20,000 nucleotides of DNA. Origin: an uncultured virus (IMG/VR IMGVR_UViG_2834966965_000001) (taxonomy: Duplodnaviria > Heunggongvirae > Uroviricota > Caudoviricetes). This document shows, in pieces, positions 15,201-20,000 of this stretch (the first letter of the stretch is position 1; each line of letters starts with the position of its first letter). The stretch is taken from the IMG/VR virus record IMGVR_UViG_2834966965_000001; one strand, 5' to 3'. Position numbers and translations under genes: made by a program. The notes beneath the pieces are model-generated. The model made no database searches. It was given only the letters and a program-made list of their open reading frames with translations, and was not told the DNA's origin.

Positions 15201-17884
15201 GATCTATTTTTTAGCCAGGCTACGCCCTCCTTTTGAAAATCATAAAGTTCATATTCCACTTTCGGTTTAGCCGTTGTCGGAGGCGTGACAGTACAAGTTG
15301 GGCAATAGCCGGATGAAGGCAACGGCCCCTCCGGGAAAAAGGAATAACCGAATTTTTTCAGGGCTTCTCTTTCGGTTTTGGTCATGGTCCGGAGTCCCAG
15401 GATAGCGTCCTCCAGTTGGGCAGCTCGTTTGATGGCCGACTCAAATAATTCCGCTTTGGTTACCTTCCCCAGACCCGGCATCAGTGAAACCTGATTTGGA
15501 GGCGTGGAGTCTATTACCATTTGGGCATAGGTCCCCAGGATGGCAGCGATCTTTTTAGCGGACCGGGAATTTTCGTCCATGACTACCAGTATTCTCTCTT
15601 GAAATTTATTGAGTTCTCTTTCCAGCATGGACATTTGAGCTAAATATTTAGCTACGGTATAACCGTCCTGTTTCTTAATGGCAACCAGTACCGCGATCAC
15701 TTTCGCCAGGTCCTCGCCTATGGCATACTCTTTTTCCCGTTCCCCTTTTAGTGCCAGGGTTTCTGCCCGGCTTAAAAGGCCCAGGGTCCGGAGAAGTCCG
15801 TTAAAGACGGTCCGGACGGAGAGATCAGTTGACTCAAAAAATCTTTCCGCTAGTTTCTGCCCTACTTCACCCTTAAAGGTGGCCATGAAGAGGGCTAAGG
15901 TAGCCCTCCGGATACCGTCTTGACTCAAAATGCCTTTAGCGTCCACAATCCGGGCCTGTTCATTAGCCGCTAACTTCTGTACAAACTGCCGGACAAAGTT
16001 GGTATTTCGGGCCGATCTCAAGGCGTCCTCGATGTTTTCCCCCTCCAGGATCTCCAGGGAACTCAGCATTTCCGGAGTAATCTTATTGGCGTCTGACCGG
16101 CCGGTTTCAATGGCCGAGCTTTGGATAGTGGTGGAAGCATTGGCCTCCTCAACAAACTGTTTCCGGTCCACCTGTGTAAGTCTCACTCTTACCAGGATCG
16201 GAGCCTCGAAGGACTCCTCTTTTTTGCCGAAACTTAAACCAAACTCCGGAAGTTTATTTACCATTGTCTCCAGATACTTTGCCCACACGCTAGGATGATT
16301 TTTATAGGCCAGGATCATAGCCATTACCCGGCCGTTGCCGGACTCCACTACCATATCCGGCCCTACTATCGGAGTTCCCCGGTCTATGCCGTGAAAATCG
16401 GTAAGCAGGGATCCAGGATCAAGATTTGCGGCAATTCTTTCCACCTGGAGACGAGTTGCGGCCCGGTCCCGGTTGCGCGGCTGTAACTCCTGGGGATAGC
16501 CGGGAGTAGGTGTAAAATCAATCGGATTATGAGAGGCCTTGATCTTCAAGGCGTCCACAATCTTATGCTCAAACTCATACCTGGTCGTGGTCGAGGTCCC
16601 TACGGCCCAGGTCTTATTACTCACTGCCTGATCCGGTTTTTTGCGGATACTCAGATCCGGCCGGGCAGCAATTTGACTGATTAGCTTTCCGAGTTCGTTA
16701 ATGCTGGCAGTGGAGGCTTCGACTTTATCAATCCCCGCCACTTTGAAATTGCAGACTTTCCCCTCATTCTTGCCGCATTTGCCGGTCACTTTGATATAAG
16801 ACTCGGCTGTTGGATCCGCTAACCGGAGGCCCTTCTGCATTAACCGGCCTTGTCCGTGAATACCCACCGGCAATCTTCGATTAACTTCCGGTTGTCTCTC
16901 CGGTCCCAGTATCTCCGGGACCGTGACTTGTTTGGGTTTCGGATTAACTATCTCCAAAGCGGGCCTTTGGTCATTAGGGATCGGGAGAGCATACCCGGCT
17001 TGAAAGGAATAATCCGCCCTGTGCCCGGCAACCACAAACTCCGGAACCGCAATCTCCAGGTTTTCCAGGGAGTCTTTTAACTTCTTATGGAGTCTCCGAT
17101 CCGCTTCCGAAGGACTAGGATCCCCGGCCGGATGATTATGGACTACAATAACATTCGTGGCATTAGTCTTTAAGGCCATTCTTGCAACTTCTAGGACGGA
17201 GACAAGGGCCGTATCAGCTGTCCCAATAGCAAATTCCACCAGGCCGACCAGTCTTAGCCGGGTGTCCAGTAATATCAGCATTACCCATTCCCGGTCCTGT
17301 TTTCGCATCAGTTTTATTAAGTCTTGGACTTTTTCAAAGCTATTAATTTGAGGGGCATTCTCAATTGTCCAGTTAGGGGACCGGACTAAGTTAAGCTCAA
17401 CCTGATAGTTTTTATACTCTGGAGGGATAATTCCCTCATTCGGAGTAACGTGCCCCTGGTTAATTATCATTGGAGTCGGGAAATGTTCTTTGTAAGTGAT
17501 CCCGGAGTCTCTCATTTTCGCCAGGTGACACGCCCCGACAAGTAAAGTCTCAAAATATTTCCGCCACTTGCTCGCCCAGGATACCGGGCAAATGTCCTCT
17601 TGTTTCGGTTTTTTACCGCATAGCAGACTCTCCTCGGCTCTCCGGTAGGCTTTGGCTTCTTCTGCCAGTTGGACGAGCTTATCAAACTCTTTGTCTGAAC
17701 TCTGGGAATCTCTTGCCAGGATAATCATAGTCTCCGCGCAATAATCCTCGGACCTTTTCAGATGTTTCCGGGCACAGTTTTCCCCGGCTGAATGGCAAGG
17801 GCAATCCGGATCGGCCAGATGATCTTCTAATAGTCCCAGGGTCCCTTCCAGTTTCTCATATTGCCATTTTACGATGGGCTGCAT
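12272..17884 (-). CDS. 1870-aa polyvalent protein: Cys/His N-domain, RadC-like JAB, ddrB-like ParB, SWI2/SNF2 ATPase, LPD25-like, wHTH
   Basis: JAB at ~17360-16995 (DRE...HNHPAGDPSPSEAD). ddrB-like ParB at ~16580-16140 (YPQELQPRNR...GTPIV...VESGNGR). SNF2 at ~15250-13960 (LLADEMGLGKT, IIDEAH, TGTPILN, GVGITL, QAEDRAHRIGQ). LPD25-like at ~13275-13030 (GGYDKCDF...YSGRYDL). wHTH-like at ~12790-12580. Confidence 0.85.
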   Translation of the reverse strand: MQPIVKWQYEKLEGTLGLLEDHLADPDCPCHSAGENCARKHLKRSEDYCAETMIILARDSQSSDKEFDKLVQLAEEAKAYRRAEESLLCGKKPKQEDICPVSWASKWRKYFETLLVGACHLAKMRDSGITYKEHFPTPMIINQGHVTPNEGIIPPEYKNYQVELNLVRSPNWTIENAPQINSFEKVQDLIKLMRKQDREWVMLILLDTRLRLVGLVEFAIGTADTALVSVLEVARMALKTNATNVIVVHNHPAGDPSPSEADRRLHKKLKDSLENLEIAVPEFVVAGHRADYSFQAGYALPIPNDQRPALEIVNPKPKQVTVPEILGPERQPEVNRRLPVGIHGQGRLMQKGLRLADPTAESYIKVTGKCGKNEGKVCNFKVAGIDKVEASTASINELGKLISQIAARPDLSIRKKPDQAVSNKTWAVGTSTTTRYEFEHKIVDALKIKASHNPIDFTPTPGYPQELQPRNRDRAATRLQVERIAANLDPGSLLTDFHGIDRGTPIVGPDMVVESGNGRVMAMILAYKNHPSVWAKYLETMVNKLPEFGLSFGKKEESFEAPILVRVRLTQVDRKQFVEEANASTTIQSSAIETGRSDANKITPEMLSSLEILEGENIEDALRSARNTNFVRQFVQKLAANEQARIVDAKGILSQDGIRRATLALFMATFKGEVGQKLAERFFESTDLSVRTVFNGLLRTLGLLSRAETLALKGEREKEYAIGEDLAKVIAVLVAIKKQDGYTVAKYLAQMSMLERELNKFQERILVVMDENSRSAKKIAAILGTYAQMVIDSTPPNQVSLMPGLGKVTKAELFESAIKRAAQLEDAILGLRTMTKTEREALKKFGYSFFPEGPLPSSGYCPTCTVTPPTTAKPKVEYELYDFQKEGVAWLKNRSSALLADEMGLGKTPQAIHWGADHRPVLVVVPASLIFNWKREISEMWRQKDKVVILDGQNRLPDPLPDWTLVTYGMIAKYLTSLRKAGFQAVIIDEAHLVKNMDTHRTRAILELVEPKEKQPADKPIPNRVAVTGTPILNRPIELFALLVFLGFKRRGQFPEFLQTYTESKVVKGRRIYTGAKNLGHLHQTLQSIMLRRLKKDVLKQLPPKTQTPMFVPISNVKEYKEAELDFIRYLVKTKGTEAARRASKAELITRMNALRQLAAQGKVDAVSDWLKPCHETGSKVLVFSNFLEPLERLKQMKQVSSPIYSGSLAKEDRQALVDKFQRDPDQCYFFGTVGAAGVGITLTSANRVAFMDLPWTPGGKLQAEDRAHRIGQKKPVEIVNVLAKGTIDERMMEILAYKEMVIAQAIDGRSQQEAFENSISTELLNSFIHKPFLSDPVQYVKEEEDPDADFAELEGAGTAKVLNLSGDGFQFLGNLFDSGMIDSKWLSRKVDFCNLPPDQITKVMNWKPLREFLAYGISIGKVKICEAGMNVGAYIVTIYGIKPKLYEGPEWMNVVKIGKAIPWAKEVHSADPYSSINFEVMLPADEPQTLTWNKQDVSKPEPAFRLPQGVQAAMFNAKSSRGQIVKMGDNMAKIKAKTIVIERAEGPASECGKPVTLTGPDVWQKAFYLLYKWGKTAPMHGGYDKCDFKVNWEDGQTYSGRYDLKHPDDETPDLDGHIYHLSAMYAGRFRPAWMNDRQWQDFLNDSTTKQLGPKYRDFLDKYEVGGPNREWNNAKISPSQGRLLDSEAELESKWDNMDMEEFANEKLLPEMMVYAGDWLSMDQIKQYCKVKSVNDSRLKEALEYLEAKGEVLHRKADSSKPERWTATRTGEMADPDGLRFYSVKSSGQRKADIEAYCVTHDPYKLEIGRTNSNPAEDMQVRRLNSNVGQRAYTLEHGKNPSCDAENGRTLMSDVLHEVKEAMPQATIAS

Positions 17885-17894
17885 ACGCTGCTCC

Positions 17895-18716
17895 TTATAA
17901 TTTAGCTACTATCGGATCAACGGAAGGCGATTTTTTTGGTCTGTTCAAATACCCGGTTGATGGGCCGGTAAAGGCTTTTGGGTCGCTGACTACGACCGTC
18001 CTTCCCCTGGTTCCGATTTTAACGCCCTCGATCAAGGCTTTTTGAGCTACATTAAACATAGTTTCGGGCTGATTAGCCGGTTGACCGCCTCCGAAAATGG
18101 CCTGTAATCTCTGGTACCGGCCCATTTCCCTTTCCATTTTGTCCAAGAAGTCTTCCGGTTGGGCCTGGGTTCCCCCAAACATTTTTTCCAGGAACGGGAG
18201 GTATTTGTCCATCGGACCGGTCCCTCCGCTACTCCCGGCCGGACTCAGGTTTTTTAATTGCTCGGTAAGGTTCTGATTGATAGCCTGTATGATTGAGTCC
18301 TTATTCTGCGCGAATATTTGCTCAATCATCCGGGCATTTCCCTCCCGGATCTGTTTAAGCTGTTCGGCTACAGCCATCTTGAACTCGTTCAGGGTTGCCA
18401 GCATATCCGCATTCAAGGCGTCCTTGACCTGTTTGATGATCCGGGCTTCCTCAACGGCCCCGCTGGTCGGGATCCGGGCTACAACCTGATTAACAACATC
18501 CTCAATATTAACTTTGGGGACCGGAATACGGGCCGCCAGCAATTCAACAATTTCCTGGAGAGTGGGGATGTTGGCCTTCACAGCTGACTCGATCCGGCCC
18601 TGGATCTCCGGCATAATCGCTTTTGCGATTTGGTCCTGGGCTTCCTGGATGATAACATCAAAGTTTAAACCAAAACTCCGGGCTTTATTGCGGAGATCTT
18701 CGTAGTCCTTATTCAT
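17895..18716 (-). CDS. alpha-helical/coiled-coil protein of unknown function
   Basis: 273 aa, predominantly helical, with a short internal repeat (IPTLQEIVELLAARIP / VNIEDVVNQVVARIP). Overlaps the upstream stop. SD GAGGGGG. Confidence 0.7.
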   Translation of the reverse strand: MNKDYEDLRNKARSFGLNFDVIIQEAQDQIAKAIMPEIQGRIESAVKANIPTLQEIVELLAARIPVPKVNIEDVVNQVVARIPTSGAVEEARIIKQVKDALNADMLATLNEFKMAVAEQLKQIREGNARMIEQIFAQNKDSIIQAINQNLTEQLKNLSPAGSSGGTGPMDKYLPFLEKMFGGTQAQPEDFLDKMEREMGRYQRLQAIFGGGQPANQPETMFNVAQKALIEGVKIGTRGRTVVVSDPKAFTGPSTGYLNRPKKSPSVDPIVAKL

Positions 18717-19227
18717 TCATTCCCCCCTCAAGTTTCACATAGCAATTTAGGGTTTTGCTGTATGCCCATCCGGTCATATCGGCCGGTTTTTCCTGGGAAA
18801 TGATTACATCTGGAGAAGGATCCCTGAGTTCTCCAGCCTCCGGTTGTTTTTCTGTACTGATTTCTTCCAGATAACCTTTCCGGACGCCCAGAGCATAGTA
18901 AGAATCTCCGTCCAAATTATTCAGCCACTCCAGGATTAGATTATCCCGGAATTCCGGGCTTTCGAGTAAGGCAATTTGAGACTCCAATTCGGAGATTTTG
19001 GTATCTCTTAATTCCAGTTCGCTAGTCGAGATATTTCCAGAGGTTTCGAGGGATACCGGCATGTCGCTCTTTTCTTCGGGAGGCTGCTCTTCTAAGCTGG
19101 AAAGCCGGTTGTCCAGGACTTTCACCGTCTCCGGTAGGTCCTCCAGCTTCGCTATTTGGTTCTCCATCCTGGAGAGAATTTTGGTAATCCTCGGATCCGC
19201 CTGTGTCTCGGTTGATTTCGTTCCCAT
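18709..19227 (-). CDS. acidic coiled-coil protein of unknown function
   Basis: 172 aa, E/D-rich, with two heptad segments. SD GGAGG lies 6 nt upstream of the ATG. Confidence 0.7.
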   Translation of the reverse strand: MGTKSTETQADPRITKILSRMENQIAKLEDLPETVKVLDNRLSSLEEQPPEEKSDMPVSLETSGNISTSELELRDTKISELESQIALLESPEFRDNLILEWLNNLDGDSYYALGVRKGYLEEISTEKQPEAGELRDPSPDVIISQEKPADMTGWAYSKTLNCYVKLEGGMNE

Positions 19228-19396
19228 TATCGTCCTCCAAAATTACTATCGAATCCCTTGCAATTAGCCGGGAATGATCCCAGGTTTGATCGTCTTGATT
19301 GTGCAGGTGTTTGGTAAGTTCTTTGCGAGGCGCAATTTTCGGATCTGGTGAATACACTTTAGCCTTGCAAATTGGACAGATCGCACATTTTCGCAT
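19022..19396 (-). CDS. Zn-finger-like protein, first gene of operon 1
   Basis: CAICPIC...ELTKHLHNQ (C2H2-like). SD AGGGGG, directly after the promoter. The low-complexity C-terminal half overlaps the next gene by 206 nt. Confidence 0.6.
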   Translation of the reverse strand: MRKCAICPICKAKVYSPDPKIAPRKELTKHLHNQDDQTWDHSRLIARDSIVILEDDNGNEINRDTGGSEDYQNSLQDGEPNSEAGGPTGDGESPGQPAFQLRRAASRRKERHAGIPRNLWKYLD

Positions 19397-19415
19397 GGTT
19401 TCCCCCTATGAGGTC

Positions 19416-19459
19416 ACAATAAAGCCGGTAGTCTCAAACAGTCAAAAGTTAGCCTCAAA
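19416..19459 (-). promoter_or_regulatory. promoter of operon 1 with conserved upstream motif
   Basis: Minus strand TTTGAGGCTAACTT-TTGACT, 18 nt, TATTGT. Same architecture as 11690-11733. Confidence 0.75.
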
Positions 19460-19547
19460 AAATACGAGTATTGCTTGAGGGAAGCGGTTGATTTAGCTAA
19501 CAAATGGGAGTAGACTGAGCAAAACTTAATACCTAACTGGGAGGAAA

Positions 19548-20000
19548 ATGATAGATAAACCATATCAACGTAAAGGCTCTACAAGTAATACTCAAGTGGG
19601 CATTGATTTCGAAATCAAAGCCAGAGAGTATTTCAATAAATTAGGATTGCATCTAACTCCTAAATACGCTGTAGAAATAGGCATTAGTGGTCGAAAATTC
19701 CATAATTTTGATTTAGGAAATGGGCAGGAAAAAATCCTCGTTGAGTGCAAGGCACATACTTGGACAGAAGGTAAAAATGTCCCAAGTGCAAAAATGACTG
19801 AATGGAACGAAGCTATTTTCCTCTTTCACGTAGCTCCCGATGGATATAGGAAAATTCTATTTGTTCAGAAAGATTTTAGCGCAAAGAGAAATGAAACATT
19901 AGCTGAATACTATGTACATACATACTCTCATTTAATCCCTGCCGATATAGAGATTTGGGAATTTGAAGAAAAAGATTTAACGGGCAAAAGAATCAAATAA
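19548..20000 (+). CDS. PD-(D/E)XK restriction-endonuclease-like protein
   Basis: 150 aa, complete (TAA at 19998-20000), SD GGAGG. Motif GIDFE...HNFDL...ILVECK. AT-rich like the left flank. Confidence 0.7.
   Translation: MIDKPYQRKGSTSNTQVGIDFEIKAREYFNKLGLHLTPKYAVEIGISGRKFHNFDLGNGQEKILVECKAHTWTEGKNVPSAKMTEWNEAIFLFHVAPDGYRKILFVQKDFSAKRNETLAEYYVHTYSHLIPADIEIWEFEEKDLTGKRIK

Larger units (their letters stand above)
2500..19460 (-). mobile_element. putative provirus or virus-derived element encoding a double-jelly-roll capsid (STIV-like, Varidnaviria); boundaries approximate
   Basis: About 19 tightly packed co-directional genes, including a DJR MCP-like gene, membrane/spike-like genes and a polyvalent protein. 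There is a visible GC and tetranucleotide shift against the AT-rich flanks. The block is bounded by a promoter (right) and a terminator (left). No att repeats were seen. Confidence 0.75.

Noticed and set aside
2975..19267. Numerous plus-strand ORFs (e.g. 10957-11484, 14204-14863, 15930-16298) and short nested minus-strand ORFs (4360-4719, 13069-13260)
   Set aside because: They are shadows of longer, motif-bearing, translationally coupled minus-strand genes and have no recognisable motifs.
2497..19490. AGGGAAG (2497-2503 and 19478-19484) and GCGGTTG (2517-2523 and 19484-19490) near both element edges as possible att sites or target duplication
   Set aside because: Only 7 bp each, differently spaced at the two ends, and no recombinase gene is present. 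Compatible with chance.
1..20000. CRISPR arrays, tRNA, rRNA or IS elements
   Set aside because: I saw no regularly spaced repeats, cloverleaf-like segments or transposase motifs, and the intergenic spaces are short and otherwise explained.

Overview
The window has AT-rich defence genes at both ends and a higher-GC block of ~17 kb (about 2500-19460) between them. At the left are a C-protein-regulated restriction-modification operon (C, R, and the start of a probable N6-MTase running off the edge) and mrr. At the right is an orphan PD-(D/E)XK nuclease. All credible genes of the central block lie on the minus strand, and the block looks like a tailless, membrane-containing provirus or virus-derived element. 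Its 345-aa protein aligns by eye, end to end, with the double-jelly-roll (DJR) major capsid protein of STIV (Turriviridae, Varidnaviria), but the expression signals are bacterial. Two operons are each headed by a near-identical 19-bp promoter motif. Operon 1 encodes a Zn-finger protein, two coiled-coil proteins, a 1870-aa polyvalent protein (RadC/JAB, ddrB-like ParB, SWI2/SNF2, LPD25-like and wHTH domains), a stand-alone JAB protein and a Zn-ribbon protein. Operon 2 encodes two tiny basic peptides missed by the ORF track, a membrane protein, the MCP, vertex/spike candidates, small membrane proteins and a tail-anchored four-repeat protein. I recognise no packaging ATPase, replication initiator or polymerase, integrase, att site or endolysin in the window. 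All family assignments come from motif reading and memory; no searches were run.
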